From Candidatus Nomurabacteria bacterium (GTDB taxonomy: Bacteria; Patescibacteriota; Minisyncoccia; Phycocordibacterales; UBA9973): a DNA stretch of 64,000 bases. The translations under genes were made by a program, and so were the position numbers. Every line of letters starts with the position of its first letter. Within the stretch, counting starts at the first letter, position 1. A model generated the notes under the pieces. The model was given only the letters and a program-made list of their open reading frames with translations, was not told the DNA's origin and ran no database searches. The DNA lies in contig CALRAL010000003.1 in NCBI GenBank assembly GCA_943350875.1, forward strand, positions 25,174 to 89,173, in the 5' to 3' direction. Shown here piece after piece: positions 1 to 10,622 of the stretch.

Positions 1-65
1 TCGATGTCTAATTCTCCTTCGATTTCTACTTCGCTTTTTTCTAGTTTCTTTATTTTTGTTTGCAT
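1..65 (-). CDS. tig: 5' end of probable trigger factor (runs off the window)
   Basis: Manual translation from ATG at 65: MQTKIKKLEKSEVEIEGELDI..., resembling a trigger factor N-terminus; only 21 codons visible. Confidence 0.6.
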   Translation of the reverse strand, partial: MQTKIKKLEKSEVEIEGELDI

Positions 66-88
66 ATTTTTTTTGATTTTTATTTTTT

Positions 89-2101
89 TTATATCAAAAA
101 TGCTACTAAAAGCAAAGCCACAATGTTCAAGATTTTTATCATTGGATTGATAGCAGGACCGGCAGTGTCTTTGTAAGGGTCTCCAACAGTGTCGCCAGTG
201 ATAGCTGCTTTGTGCGCATCGCTTCCTTTACCACCAAAGTGTCCCTTTTCAATATGCTTCTTGGCATTATCCCAAGCGCCTCCACCTGAGGTCATTGAGA
301 TAGCTACGAAAAGTCCAGTGATGATAGAACCAACCAAAAGTCCACCGAGGGCTACTGGTCCTAGGATAAAGCCAACTAAAATAGGAGTGATAACGGGAAT
401 AAGAGCAGGCAGAATCATTTGCTTGATAGCGCTAGTAGTCACCAAGTCAACACATTTGCCGTATTCTGGCTTGCCAGTGCCTTCCATGATGCCTTTGATA
501 TCTCTAAATTGTCGGCGGACTTCTTCTACGACTTTTCCAGCTGTTTTACCTACGGCTTCCATACAAAGTGCACCAAAATAATATGGCAAAAGTCCACCAA
601 TGAAAAGTCCAGCGATTACTTTTGGATCTTCAAGAGTAAAATTCAAATGGACTCCTGCGTTTAAAAATTCTTGAGTATAAGAAGAGAACAACACCAAAGC
701 TGCAAGTCCGGCTGAACCGATGGCATATCCTTTGGTGACAGCTTTAGTGGTGTTGCCGACAGCATCGAGAGCGTCTGTTACTTCACGAACTTTTTCATCC
801 ATTCCAGACATTTCTGCTATCCCTCCAGCATTGTCCGTGATTGGTCCATAAGAATCAATAGCTACGATAATTCCTGTCATTGAGAGCATGCTCATGGCTG
901 CGATAGCAATACCGTAAAGTCCAGCAAAATTATATGAAAGTAAAATACCAGCGACGATGACGAGTAAAGGCCAAGCAGTGGATTTCATTGAAATAGCCAA
1001 ACCTTGAATAATATTTGTGCCGTGTCCTGAGACAGAAGATTCAGCAATGGATTTCACCGGAGCGTATTTTGAAGATGTGAAATATTCTGTGATCACTACG
1101 AGCAGAGCAGTGATGACAAGCCCGACTATAGAAGCGAAGAAAAGATTGTTTACACTATAAATACCATTTTCACTCATCAAAATTTTAGTAATTGGATAAA
1201 AGAGGATAGCAGAGATGACACCGGCACTGACTAGACCTTTGTAAAGAGCATTCATGATGTTTGGAGTTTCACCTTCTTTTTTGGATTTGCCTAATCGGAC
1301 GAACCAAGTTCCAATGATCGAAGCGAGAGTGGCTGCTCCGCCTAAAACTAACGGATAAACGAGAGCATTTTCCATTTTAGTAAATAAAAGAGAGCCGAGG
1401 AGCATCGCTGCGATAGAAGTGACAGCATAAGTCTCAAAAAGGTCTGCTGCCATACCTGCACAATCCCCAACATTGTCTCCGACATTGTCTGCTATTACTG
1501 CCGGGTTTCTTGGATCATCTTCTGGAATACCAGCTTCTAATTTACCGACGAGATCTGCGCCCACATCTGCAGCCTTGGTAAAGATTCCTCCACCAAGTCT
1601 AGCAAACACTGAGATCAAAGATCCTCCAAAACCGAAACCAATTAGAGCTTTTATATCATTTGTTAAAGCGAAAAATCCTGCTACTCCCAAAAGGGCTAGT
1701 CCAACGACGAGGAGTCCGGTGACTGATCCACCCTTAAAAGCAACGGACAATGCACTTGCTAATCCGTCCTTGGCAGCTTCTGCAGTACGGACATTAGCAC
1801 GGACAGAAACATTCATTCCGATATATCCTGCTAAAGCAGAGAGTATTGCGCCTAGTATAAATCCGAGTGCAGAAGTGATACCTAAACCAAGCCATAATAT
1901 GATAAATAGAACAACAGCTATAGCACCGATAGTTTTGTATTGTCTATTTAGATATGCTTTCGCGCCTTCCGCTATGGCCGAAGCGATAGATTGCATTTTT
2001 TCATTCCCAGCGCTTTTTTTTAAGATAGATTTTGCTAAAAATATTCCATAAACGATAACTACCACTGAACTTATAATTGCAAACAATAAAAATTGATTCA
2101 T
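89..2101 (-). CDS. hppA: Membrane-bound H+-translocating pyrophosphatase, K+-independent type
   Basis: [20 protein letters not shown] and GGAWDNAKK motifs; GNTTKA has Lys at the position that marks K+-independent enzymes. Confidence 0.95.
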   Translation of the reverse strand: MNQFLLFAIISSVVVIVYGIFLAKSILKKSAGNEKMQSIASAIAEGAKAYLNRQYKTIGAIAVVLFIILWLGLGITSALGFILGAILSALAGYIGMNVSVRANVRTAEAAKDGLASALSVAFKGGSVTGLLVVGLALLGVAGFFALTNDIKALIGFGFGGSLISVFARLGGGIFTKAADVGADLVGKLEAGIPEDDPRNPAVIADNVGDNVGDCAGMAADLFETYAVTSIAAMLLGSLLFTKMENALVYPLVLGGAATLASIIGTWFVRLGKSKKEGETPNIMNALYKGLVSAGVISAILFYPITKILMSENGIYSVNNLFFASIVGLVITALLVVITEYFTSSKYAPVKSIAESSVSGHGTNIIQGLAISMKSTAWPLLVIVAGILLSYNFAGLYGIAIAAMSMLSMTGIIVAIDSYGPITDNAGGIAEMSGMDEKVREVTDALDAVGNTTKAVTKGYAIGSAGLAALVLFSSYTQEFLNAGVHLNFTLEDPKVIAGLFIGGLLPYYFGALCMEAVGKTAGKVVEEVRRQFRDIKGIMEGTGKPEYGKCVDLVTTSAIKQMILPALIPVITPILVGFILGPVALGGLLVGSIITGLFVAISMTSGGGAWDNAKKHIEKGHFGGKGSDAHKAAITGDTVGDPYKDTAGPAINPMIKILNIVALLLVAFLI

Positions 2102-2124
2102 CTTTTTATTTTTTAACTAATAAT

Positions 2125-3375
2125 TTATTCTTTTTCCCCGCCTGCATCGCTATGCGAAACATTGCGGGCAGGTTCAATTATTTCAACTTTTTCTCCGTCA
2201 GTGGAAGCAAGCACTTTGCCTGCCTGCGCAGGCAGGCCATTACCTTTGATGTCTATTCTCCATCCAGTAAGTTTAGCGGCTAGACGTACATTTTGGCCAC
2301 CTTTACCGATGGCGAGTGATAATTGATCATCAGAGACTTCTACTACTGCTTTGTGTTCTTTTTCATCTACTTTAATAGAGATAACTTTGGCTGGGGAGAG
2401 GGAATTAGAAACGAATTGTTTTGGATCGGCAGTCCAAGGGATAATGTCTATTTTTTCTCCACCCAATTCTTGAGTAATAGTATTTACTCTGGTACCTTTT
2501 TGTCCAACACAAGAACCAACTGGGTCGATATGTTCATCGTTAGAGAAGACTGCTATTTTTGAGCGAGCACCTGCTTCACGAGCGATTGATTTTATCTCTA
2601 CCACGCCATTTTCTATCTCTGGTGCTTCGATGGCAAAGAGTTTCTCGATGAATTTAGGATGGGTCCTAGAAAGCCTCAAATTTATTCCTCTTGGTGAGTC
2701 TTCTACAGAATACAAATATGCGCGGATTCTCTGACCTCGGGCAAAATATTCCCCAGGGATTTGTTCCTCAGCAGGGAGGATGCCAGTTGCGCGGTTGAAA
2801 TCAATATAAACATTCCCTCTTTCCACTTTTTGCACTATGCCAGAAATAACTTCTCCTTCTTTGGTGCCATATTCGTCTATGATGGATGTACGTTCTGCTT
2901 CACGGATCTTTTGGATTATGACCTGCTTTGCAGTTTGAGCTGCGATACGTCCATAATCCTCTTTTGGATCCAGTGGAAAGATTATCTCATCATTCAGTTC
3001 CACCCCCTTTTTTATCTTTCTGGCATCTTCGAGCATGATGTGATGTTCTGCATTGAAACGGACTCTTTCATCATCACTCTTAAAGGAATATTCCCCGCCT
3101 GCATCGCTATGCGAAGCATTGCGGGCAGGAGCTTCTTCTCCTTCCTCTTCTATTTTAGCAATAGTTTCATCTACTACTATTTTCACTTGGTAGAAATCAG
3201 CTTTGCCATTCTCCAAATCAAATTTAGCCCTTATTATTTGGCCTTTTTTACCGTAATCTTTCTTGTAAGCGGCGGCCATGGCTTGCTCGATAGCGTCCAA
3301 TATTTTCTCTTTTGGAATTTTCCTTTCTTCCTCTAGTTGCTCTAATGCTGATTTGAATGTTTTTAGATCTAACAT
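2125..3375 (-). CDS. nusA: Transcription termination/antitermination factor NusA, with three palindromic in-frame inserts
   Basis: RIAAQTAKQVI, S1 domain, KH domains (DPVGSCVGQKGTRV, LAIGKGGQNVRLA). Confidence 0.97.
   Translation of the reverse strand: MLDLKTFKSALEQLEEERKIPKEKILDAIEQAMAAAYKKDYGKKGQIIRAKFDLENGKADFYQVKIVVDETIAKIEEEGEEAPARNASHSDAGGEYSFKSDDERVRFNAEHHIMLEDARKIKKGVELNDEIIFPLDPKEDYGRIAAQTAKQVIIQKIREAERTSIIDEYGTKEGEVISGIVQKVERGNVYIDFNRATGILPAEEQIPGEYFARGQRIRAYLYSVEDSPRGINLRLSRTHPKFIEKLFAIEAPEIENGVVEIKSIAREAGARSKIAVFSNDEHIDPVGSCVGQKGTRVNTITQELGGEKIDIIPWTADPKQFVSNSLSPAKVISIKVDEKEHKAVVEVSDDQLSLAIGKGGQNVRLAAKLTGWRIDIKGNGLPAQAGKVLASTDGEKVEIIEPARNVSHSDAGGEKE
2137..2172. repeat. 36-bp imperfect palindrome, family A, in frame in nusA (PARNVSHSDAGG)
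   Basis: CCCGCCTGCATCGCTATGCGAAACATTGCGGGCAGG; 35/36 identical to 3094-3129. Confidence 0.9.
2218..2237. repeat. Perfect 20-bp palindrome in nusA (LPAQAG), short family A type
   Basis: GCCTGCCTGCGCAGGCAGGC is its own reverse complement. Confidence 0.85.
3094..3129. repeat. 36-bp imperfect palindrome, family A, in frame in nusA (PARNASHSDAGG)
   Basis: CCCGCCTGCATCGCTATGCGAAGCATTGCGGGCAGG. Confidence 0.9.
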
Positions 3376-3408
3376 AATATTGTTTCGTTTAATGATTGTT
3401 AATTTTTA

Positions 3409-3439
3409 CCTGCCCGCCAAAGCTTTAGCGTCGGCGGGT
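3409..3439. repeat. Intergenic CCTG+hairpin element (family A related) in the nusA leader
   Basis: CCTG-CCCGCC-AAAGCTTTAGCGTC-GGCGGG; shares the CCTGCCCGC end with the nusA and recO inserts. Confidence 0.7.
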
Positions 3440-3518
3440 AAAAATAAAAGCCCCAGTTGTGACAGGACTTATACTTGTCTATATTATCACAGTTTACTTT
3501 TTCTTGCAACATACGATT

Positions 3519-3527
3519 TTATCCACA
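3519..3527 (+). promoter_or_regulatory. DnaA-box consensus match between divergent promoters
   Basis: TTATCCACA, single copy; function not established. Confidence 0.35.
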
Positions 3528-3576
3528 GATTTTGTTTGTTTCTTAATTTCTTTTTTAGTTGTATAATATACATGAT

Positions 3577-3921
3577 ATGTCTAGAAAAAATATAATAATA
3601 TTATTTTCTGTCTTAATATTGATATTTACCTTTTTCTTCTTTTATGTGATGGACAAGTCTATTTTCTCTGGTTTTAAATTCGGTGGTCCTAGTGAAGAAT
3701 TAAAAGACTTTTCTCAAGATCCTAAATATACCACCAAGCAAGCACAAACAATTAGAGAACTTGAGAATTTTAAACCCATCCCTAGTCAATCTGTTTCAGG
3801 GGTTGAAATCAAACCAAGAACTCCAGAAGAAATAGTGAAAGAACTTAATTCTTTTAAACCTACAAAAAAAACTTCTCTCAGCGCTAGTCAATTAAAAGCC
3901 CTAAATGATTTTCACCCATAA
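3577..3921 (+). CDS. Hypothetical protein with N-terminal membrane anchor
   Basis: ATG at 3577 follows TATAAT; hydrophobic stretch IIILFSVLILIFTFFFFYV. Confidence 0.7.
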   Translation: MSRKNIIILFSVLILIFTFFFFYVMDKSIFSGFKFGGPSEELKDFSQDPKYTTKQAQTIRELENFKPIPSQSVSGVEIKPRTPEEIVKELNSFKPTKKTSLSASQLKALNDFHP

Positions 3922-3923
3922 TT

Positions 3924-4910
3924 ATGAGCAATTTTAAAAAAATATTTATATTAAGCGCTATTGTAGTGGCTTTTGGTATTTATATTGGTTTTTATGGTTT
4001 TGCAATGTCTGCTAATACACAAAGTCTTTCGGGATATGGGTGGAATGCAGATACATCAACAGGGGGAGTAGGTGGTATGGGTTGGCTTGGTTTTAATGGA
4101 GCTAATTACGGCGTAGATTTAGATAAAGATGCATATTTATTAGGTTATGCTTGGTCCAGTAATTATGGTTGGATTAAATTTGGTGGTCTTGCTGATTTTC
4201 CTGTAGGTGCTGGAACCACAACAGCCAATGCTCAGTTAATTAATGGTGAATTGACAGGCTGGGCGAGAGCTTGCAGTACTTTTCAATCTGGTTGTTCTGG
4301 TGATTATTATTATGGCAATAGTCATCCTGATCCGTTAATTTTTAATGACTTGTCGACTAATCCTTACCTTGGTGGTTGGGATGGATGGATAAGTTTAAGT
4401 GGAAATAGTTTAAATGGGGGCAAATACGGTGTGACTTTTTCTGGTAAAGGTGGAGTATCAAATGCTACCGGTTATGCTTGGGGTGGTGGAGGATATAATA
4501 TAGGTTGGATTGATTTTTCTCAAGTGAAGTTAGGAATTATTGATACTTCTTATTTTACTTTAGTATCAGATAAAACTTTTGTTACTGCTTCAACAGATTC
4601 ATTTAATTTAACTTTACAAGGTTCAGGATTGAATTCAAACAGTGGTGTTGCTACTGGTGGTGATCCAAACTGGATAAATCAAGGATTAAATTTATGCCCT
4701 AATTCCGGTTCACCTGTTACATATGGTCCTCGTAGTTTAAGTGAGATTAGTTCTACAACTACATCTGCAACCTATACACTTACATGTACTACTCTTGCTG
4801 GGAATTTTTTAACAAAGAGCGTGACAATAACTTTAAGAGATGTCAATTTTTGCATAAATAATCCGACTGATCCGACTTGTAAAAAGACACCACATTACAT
4901 TGAGAGATAG
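3924..4910 (+). CDS. Secreted/surface protein with GYAW/GWxxF repeats
   Basis: Signal peptide; repeated LSGYGW, LLGYAWS..GWIKF, LTGWAR, GWDGWISL, TGYAWG..GWIDF. Confidence 0.75.
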   Translation: MSNFKKIFILSAIVVAFGIYIGFYGFAMSANTQSLSGYGWNADTSTGGVGGMGWLGFNGANYGVDLDKDAYLLGYAWSSNYGWIKFGGLADFPVGAGTTTANAQLINGELTGWARACSTFQSGCSGDYYYGNSHPDPLIFNDLSTNPYLGGWDGWISLSGNSLNGGKYGVTFSGKGGVSNATGYAWGGGGYNIGWIDFSQVKLGIIDTSYFTLVSDKTFVTASTDSFNLTLQGSGLNSNSGVATGGDPNWINQGLNLCPNSGSPVTYGPRSLSEISSTTTSATYTLTCTTLAGNFLTKSVTITLRDVNFCINNPTDPTCKKTPHYIER

Positions 4911-4955
4911 TGTGTTATAATTATTAAATAACTTTATAAATTTAACTTTTAAAAA

Positions 4956-6863
4956 ATGAATCAAAAATCAAAAATATTTTTAAAATCAATTCTTTTACTT
5001 GTCGTTGTTCTTTTTTCAATAAAAGTTTTTGCTGTAGCTATTAATAGTTGGACAGAGCCTACTCTTTCACCGCCTGGTGGCAATATGCTATCTCCTGTTA
5101 ATGTGGGAGGAACACAACAATATAAAGCTGGATCATTGATTTTAGATGGATTTCGATCTTTAGGTGTTGGTCTTTTTGATGGCTATATTAAAATTGGTAA
5201 TACCTCATCTAGTTGTGATTCTGGAACTGCAGGGGCACAAAAATATAATGGCACCAAAATGCAATATTGTGATGGCGTAGGGTGGAAAGATCTTGGCGGA
5301 TCAAGTACTATTAGCGGAACAGTAAATAATATTGCTATGTTTACCCCTTCTGGAACAAGTATTGGAAATTCTTCAATAACTCAAGATGGCAATACTGGTT
5401 TTGTGGGGATTGGGTTGGCTACAGGTGTATCGGCAGCTAAATTGCTTGATGTGGCTGGAGGAATTAAAACTAGAAGTATTCAGATTACAGGACTAGCGGG
5501 AGATCCATCACCTGTAGGGAAATGGTTAAAAGCAGGCATTAATGGTTTTGCTACTTGGGAAGATCTTCCCGCAGCTGCGGCTGGGGTTTGGGTTCCTGCA
5601 ACCGGAGGTAGTATTAATTACGTCGGTGGGAATGTGGGGATTGGGACAAGTGATCCAAAATCATTATTACATGTATATGGGAGTGCAACTTTAAAAAATC
5701 TTCATTTTGGAGAATCTTTAGGGGCTAATTATATACAAAGTGGAAATTCTCAAATAACTGATGGAAGTTGGCTTCCCCTATTTTTTGGACCATACGGATC
5801 AGGTATAGCTGATGCAAAAATGATGATAGATGGGAGTGGAAATGTTGGGATCGGAACGACAACACCAAACTCTAAACTTACTGTAGCAGGAGATCTTCGC
5901 CTTGAAGGTACTACTGCTTATCCAAGTCTTTTCCCTTTAGATCCAACAGAAAATGTGAATCGTATAACTTGGCCTGGGCACTTTCTCCTTTTGCAAAATA
6001 ATGGTTATGCCCATAACCGTGTAGTTATAGCTCCAGGTGGAGCAACTAGTGGTACAACTGATTCTGAACTTAAAATGTATAGTGCAAGTGCTTCAGCAAC
6101 ACCAGTATATACACAAAAAATTGGTTTTGATACCGGTGGTAATAATTTTTTCATGGGTAATTTGGGGATTGGGACAAGTTCACCAAGCTCGAAATTAACT
6201 GTTGCTGGTACCATCGAATCAACTACTGGTGGTATTAAGTTTCCAGATGGAACTGTGCAAGCTACAGCTTATGTGCCTCATGGCAGCCAAAACTTTTTTT
6301 CGCCAGGAACTTTTCCCTTAACTGTTCCATATGGTGTATCTGAAGTTTTTGTCACAATGAGTGGCGGCGGTGGTGGCGGCGGTGGTGGCGGCGGCAATTG
6401 TCGGGGAGATCATAGTAATTATGCAGGTGCTGGCGGCGGCGGCGGCGGCTCTGCTGGTCCATCTTCTAGGACAAGTTTAACTGTGACACCTAACCAATCT
6501 TACGCGATTGTAGTTGGTTCTGGTGGTTCTGGTGGTCAGGGTGGTAACGGTGGTACTTCCTGTCAAAACAATGCTGGAAATGCTAACGCTGGTCTTGCTA
6601 GTTCTTTTGGATCTTTATTTACAGTGTCTGGTGGTGGAGGTGGTTATAGAGGTGAAGCGGGTAATCTTACTGGCGCTTCTCCTGGATCTGGTGGTCCTGC
6701 TGGCTCCGGCGGTTCTTCTGGTTCCGAAGGTTCTGGTACGTCTGGTGGTACTGGGGCTACTGATGGTTATGGGCATGGCGGTAATGGCGGTAATGGTAGT
6801 AGTGCAGGTAATGGGTCATCTGGTTCTAGTGGTTCACCTGGTTTTATTTCTATAGACTGGTAA
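4956..6863 (+). CDS. Secreted fibre/adhesin-like protein with GNVGIGT repeats and glycine-rich C-terminus
   Basis: Signal peptide, four G[N/F][V/L]GIG repeats, GGIKFPDGTVQ, poly-Gly C-terminal domain ending in W. Confidence 0.75.
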   Translation: MNQKSKIFLKSILLLVVVLFSIKVFAVAINSWTEPTLSPPGGNMLSPVNVGGTQQYKAGSLILDGFRSLGVGLFDGYIKIGNTSSSCDSGTAGAQKYNGTKMQYCDGVGWKDLGGSSTISGTVNNIAMFTPSGTSIGNSSITQDGNTGFVGIGLATGVSAAKLLDVAGGIKTRSIQITGLAGDPSPVGKWLKAGINGFATWEDLPAAAAGVWVPATGGSINYVGGNVGIGTSDPKSLLHVYGSATLKNLHFGESLGANYIQSGNSQITDGSWLPLFFGPYGSGIADAKMMIDGSGNVGIGTTTPNSKLTVAGDLRLEGTTAYPSLFPLDPTENVNRITWPGHFLLLQNNGYAHNRVVIAPGGATSGTTDSELKMYSASASATPVYTQKIGFDTGGNNFFMGNLGIGTSSPSSKLTVAGTIESTTGGIKFPDGTVQATAYVPHGSQNFFSPGTFPLTVPYGVSEVFVTMSGGGGGGGGGGGNCRGDHSNYAGAGGGGGGSAGPSSRTSLTVTPNQSYAIVVGSGGSGGQGGNGGTSCQNNAGNANAGLASSFGSLFTVSGGGGGYRGEAGNLTGASPGSGGPAGSGGSSGSEGSGTSGGTGATDGYGHGGNGGNGSSAGNGSSGSSGSPGFISIDW

Positions 6864-6887
6864 TTAAAATTTTAAATAAACAACTTC

Positions 6888-6916
6888 AAAAAAATCCCCA
6901 TTATGGGGATTTTTTT
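6888..6916. terminator. Intrinsic terminator-like hairpin
   Basis: AAAAAAATCCCCA-TTA-TGGGGATTTTTTT just after the 6863 stop. Confidence 0.75.
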
Positions 6917-6931
6917 GATATAATATAATTA

Positions 6932-8680
6932 ATGCAAATCAATCAGGAACAATTGAAGAAATTTATTTTGGAGGCAGGATTAATTTCTCGTTCTGATCTA
7001 GAGGCTGAGGAAAAAAAGGCAGGGGGAAATAAGCAAAGTTTTGGAGATACTCTCTTGTCAGATGGAAAAATTTCTGAGGCAGATCTAAAAAAGATGGAGG
7101 CGTATGTGCTAGGGATTCCTTTTGTAAGTTTAGCAACAGAGAAGATTGATTTCTCTATACTTTCTTTTATCCCTGAACCAATAGCGCGCAATTACAATAT
7201 TATCGCTTACAAAAAGACTGATACAAGTCTCGAAGTGGCGATGTTAGATATAGATAATTTGCCGATAATTGATTTTGTAAAAAAGCGTTCAGGCCTCAAA
7301 GTCTTACCACGACTCACTGATTCTGCTTCTATAAAATCTGCTTTGCTTCAGTATAAGAAAAGTCTACAGGCTGAATTTAGTGACATCATTCAAAAAGAAT
7401 CAAACTCGCTTGACGGCTCTCTGAAAGACGAAGTTGAAGAATCAGAAGAGGAATTAAAGGAGATGGCAGATGATTTGCCGGTGGTAAAGATAGTGGATTC
7501 TCTTGTTTCTCATGCAATTTTACAAAATGCGTCTGATATACATATCGAACCAGGGGAGAATGATCTGACAGTGAGGTACAGGATAGATGGGATACTACAT
7601 GACGCGATGGTACTCGACAAGAAAGCAAGTGCTGGTATCACTGCTCGCATAAAAGTTCTTTCCAATTTGAAACTTGATGAAAAAAGACTGCCTCAAGATG
7701 GTAGGTTTAAAATTGATCAAAATGGTCAACGTGTTTCTTTCCGTGTTTCTACTTTGCCGACATTTTATGGAGAGAAAACTGTTATCAGAATATTGCGAGA
7801 AAGCTCACATGGATTTTCCTTAGAGGGTCTTGGTTTTCATGGAGAGGCGTTAGAGAGGATTCATGATTCACTAAAACAAAAGACAGGCATGGTGCTTGCC
7901 GCTGGGCCGACGGGTTCTGGTAAGACGACTACTCTCTACACCATGCTCGATATGTTGAACAAGCCAGATGTAAATATTTCTACTGTTGAAGATCCTATCG
8001 AATATCAGATGCCGAGGATAAATCAGACCCAAGTGAAGTCTGAAATTGGTCTTACTTTTGCCAATGGACTCCGCTCACTCCTACGTCAAGATCCAGATGT
8101 AATAATGGTGGGGGAGATTCGTGATAAAGAGACGGCTGGACTAGCGGTCAATGCTTCACTCACTGGGCACTTGGTGCTATCTACTATCCATACAAACTCC
8201 GCATCTGGAGCTATTCCTAGAATGATAGACATGGGAGTGGAACCATTTTTGATAATTTCTACTGTAAAAACAATTATTGCTCAGAGACTGGTGCGTAAAT
8301 TGACTTCAGGTAAAAAAGAATATTTTTTGTCTTCGGCTGAAATAAAAAACATGGCGAAATATGTTGATTTAGAAAAAATGCTTAGGATTTTAAAAGAAGA
8401 AAAAGTTATAGGACCGAATGCAGTTTGGGATAAAATACCTTTTTATAAACCAGTCAAGGATGCTTCTTCAGAAGATGGATATTCTGGTCGGGTAGGTATA
8501 CACGAAGTGTTAAAAGTTACATCGACTATAAAAGAAATGATCATAAAAGGGTCGTCAGAAGATGAGATAGAGACTCAGGCTAAAAAAGAAGGAATGACAA
8601 CTATGCTTGAAGATGGGATTTTTAAAGCTATATCTGGGGAGACATCTATCGAAGAAGTCTTTCGTGTTATTTCCGAATAA
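6932..8680 (+). CDS. pilB: Type IV pilus assembly ATPase (PilB/GspE family)
   Basis: ASDIHIEP, RLPQDGR, Walker A GPTGSGKT, LRQDPDVIMVGEIRD, TGHLVLSTIHTN. Confidence 0.93.
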   Translation: MQINQEQLKKFILEAGLISRSDLEAEEKKAGGNKQSFGDTLLSDGKISEADLKKMEAYVLGIPFVSLATEKIDFSILSFIPEPIARNYNIIAYKKTDTSLEVAMLDIDNLPIIDFVKKRSGLKVLPRLTDSASIKSALLQYKKSLQAEFSDIIQKESNSLDGSLKDEVEESEEELKEMADDLPVVKIVDSLVSHAILQNASDIHIEPGENDLTVRYRIDGILHDAMVLDKKASAGITARIKVLSNLKLDEKRLPQDGRFKIDQNGQRVSFRVSTLPTFYGEKTVIRILRESSHGFSLEGLGFHGEALERIHDSLKQKTGMVLAAGPTGSGKTTTLYTMLDMLNKPDVNISTVEDPIEYQMPRINQTQVKSEIGLTFANGLRSLLRQDPDVIMVGEIRDKETAGLAVNASLTGHLVLSTIHTNSASGAIPRMIDMGVEPFLIISTVKTIIAQRLVRKLTSGKKEYFLSSAEIKNMAKYVDLEKMLRILKEEKVIGPNAVWDKIPFYKPVKDASSEDGYSGRVGIHEVLKVTSTIKEMIIKGSSEDEIETQAKKEGMTTMLEDGIFKAISGETSIEEVFRVISE

Positions 8681-8688
8681 ACAATAAA

Positions 8689-9906
8689 ATGCTTTTTACA
8701 TATAAGGCAAAGTTAAAAACTGGTGAAATTGTTGAAGATACTATAGATTCAATAGATCGTTTTTCAGTTTCCAGAGAATTACGATCGAGGGGTTATACAC
8801 CTTTGTTTATTTCTAAAAAAAATAGTAACTTTTTCAGTTCATTTTTTCGGTCAGAAAATTTTTTAAATAAAGTGAAAGTAGCGGAGCAGATTTTATTTAC
8901 TAAAAACTTGGCAGGAATGTTAAAAGCAGGATTATCACTTTCACGGGCCTTGTCGGTATTACAAAAACAAACCAAAAATGCTTACTTGGGAAAGATTTTG
9001 GCTTCGATATCTACTGAGATAAATTCTGGGGGAACTCTTTCTTCTGGACTTTCTAAATTCCCAAATGTTTTCTCGAAACTTTTTGTATCAATGACTAAAG
9101 CTGGGGAAGAATCTGGTAATTTAGACTTAACTCTTACTGAAGTTGGCGTAAATTTAGAGAAATCTCATGCTTTGACTAAAAAGGTCAAGGGAGCGCTCAT
9201 TTATCCGGGAGTCATATTGTGTGCAATGATTTTAATTGGTGTTTTAATGTTTGCTTTTGTCGTACCAACACTGGCTAATACTTTTAAAGACTTGGGTGCA
9301 AAACTACCCGCCTCGACCCAAATGATAATTTTCCTAGGGGATTTTTTCTCTCACTATTTACTTTTGTCATTGAGTATGATTATATTTTCAATATTTGGAT
9401 TGGTTTCACTCTTTCGTGCGGATTTTATGGCAAAATATATTGATTTCTTTGTACTTAAAATCCCAGTTATTGGAAAATTAGCAAAAGAATTAAATACTGC
9501 TCGTACTGCTCGTACTATGTCTTCGCTTCTCATCTCAGGTATTGCTATTACTCGAGCTGTGGAGATAACACAAGATGTGGTGCAAAATATTTATTATAAA
9601 AAAGTTTTAGATGAAGCCAAAGTTTTTATAGAAAAGGGCATTCCATTCTCTCAAGCTTTTTTAGAAAATACCAATCTCTATCCGGTAATAATGTCAGAGA
9701 TGACTCAAGTGGGTGAGGAAACAGGCAAACTCTCCGAAATGTTACTTCAAATTGCTCTTTTTTATGAAGGGGAAATTGAAAATAAAACTAAAAACCTTTC
9801 CACAATTATTGAACCATTCTTAATGATTTTTATTGGCGCTGCTGTAGGATTCTTTGCTATCTCCATGATCTCTCCTATGTATTCAATCTTAGATAGCATA
9901 AAATAA
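8689..9906 (+). CDS. pilC: Type IV pilus platform protein (PilC/GspF family)
   Basis: Two T2SSF domains (AGEESGNL, VGEETGKL), TM helices, follows pilB. Confidence 0.93.
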   Translation: MLFTYKAKLKTGEIVEDTIDSIDRFSVSRELRSRGYTPLFISKKNSNFFSSFFRSENFLNKVKVAEQILFTKNLAGMLKAGLSLSRALSVLQKQTKNAYLGKILASISTEINSGGTLSSGLSKFPNVFSKLFVSMTKAGEESGNLDLTLTEVGVNLEKSHALTKKVKGALIYPGVILCAMILIGVLMFAFVVPTLANTFKDLGAKLPASTQMIIFLGDFFSHYLLLSLSMIIFSIFGLVSLFRADFMAKYIDFFVLKIPVIGKLAKELNTARTARTMSSLLISGIAITRAVEITQDVVQNIYYKKVLDEAKVFIEKGIPFSQAFLENTNLYPVIMSEMTQVGEETGKLSEMLLQIALFYEGEIENKTKNLSTIIEPFLMIFIGAAVGFFAISMISPMYSILDSIK

Positions 9907-10020
9907 AACTGTTTAGTTAACCTTCAAGGGTGATACTGTGCTAACGCAAATTTTCTTAGTTATAGATGTATTAAATGATTTAATAGTAGAAATGGTATTT
10001 TAATGATATTATTATAGATA

Positions 10021-10542
10021 ATGGAAAAAAGATATAATAATTATGCTTTTATTGATGCTCAAAATGTACATTTAGGAATTTTGGAATTTGGTTGGAAAAT
10101 TGATTGGAGTAAATTTAGGATTTGGCTTCGTGATAAATTTAATGTTGGGAAAGCTTTGATATTTATTGGGTATCAAAGTGGCAACGAAAGTCTTTATGCT
10201 TTTTTGCAACATGCGAGTTTCGTTTGTATTTTTAAGCCCATGCTTAAATACAAGGATGGTACAATTAAAGGAAATTGTGATGCAGAACTAGTTTTACATT
10301 CTAGTGCTATCGAATTTAAAAATTATGAAAAAGCTGTAATAGTGTCTGGTGATGGTGATTTTTCTTGTTTGATAGAATTTTTGCAAGAAAAAAACAAGCT
10401 TGAAATGCTTATTGTTCCGAACGAAAACAAGTATTCTGCGTTGTTGAAAAGATTCAATTTTTCAGACAGGAAATTTATTTTGTTTTTAAATAGAGAAAGA
10501 TCTAAAATAGAATATAGGCCCTTAAATGAAAAGGGCGCATAA
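10021..10542 (+). CDS. NYN-domain (PIN-fold) protein
   Basis: AFIDAQN, KGNCDAEL and VSGDGDF acidic motifs. Confidence 0.85.
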   Translation: MEKRYNNYAFIDAQNVHLGILEFGWKIDWSKFRIWLRDKFNVGKALIFIGYQSGNESLYAFLQHASFVCIFKPMLKYKDGTIKGNCDAELVLHSSAIEFKNYEKAVIVSGDGDFSCLIEFLQEKNKLEMLIVPNENKYSALLKRFNFSDRKFILFLNRERSKIEYRPLNEKGA

Positions 10543-10622
10543 GGCATTAAGCCATATGCAGCCTTTTCGTGATGATATAATCAGTATATATCAATGAAAA
10601 CAAAAGTCAAGCAAACAAAACC

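Noticed and set aside
189-2051. Antisense ORFs over hppA, and similar shadow ORFs over other genes (e.g. 2761-3336, 38705-39049, 46877-47365, 59849-60307)
   Set aside because: They overlap well-supported genes on the opposite strand and show no recognisable motifs.
3519-3527. Replication origin
   Set aside because: Only an isolated DnaA-box match; no cluster of boxes and no dnaA/dnaN in the window.
6360-6450. GGC/GGT tandem repeats
   Set aside because: Explained by poly-glycine coding in the fibre-like protein.
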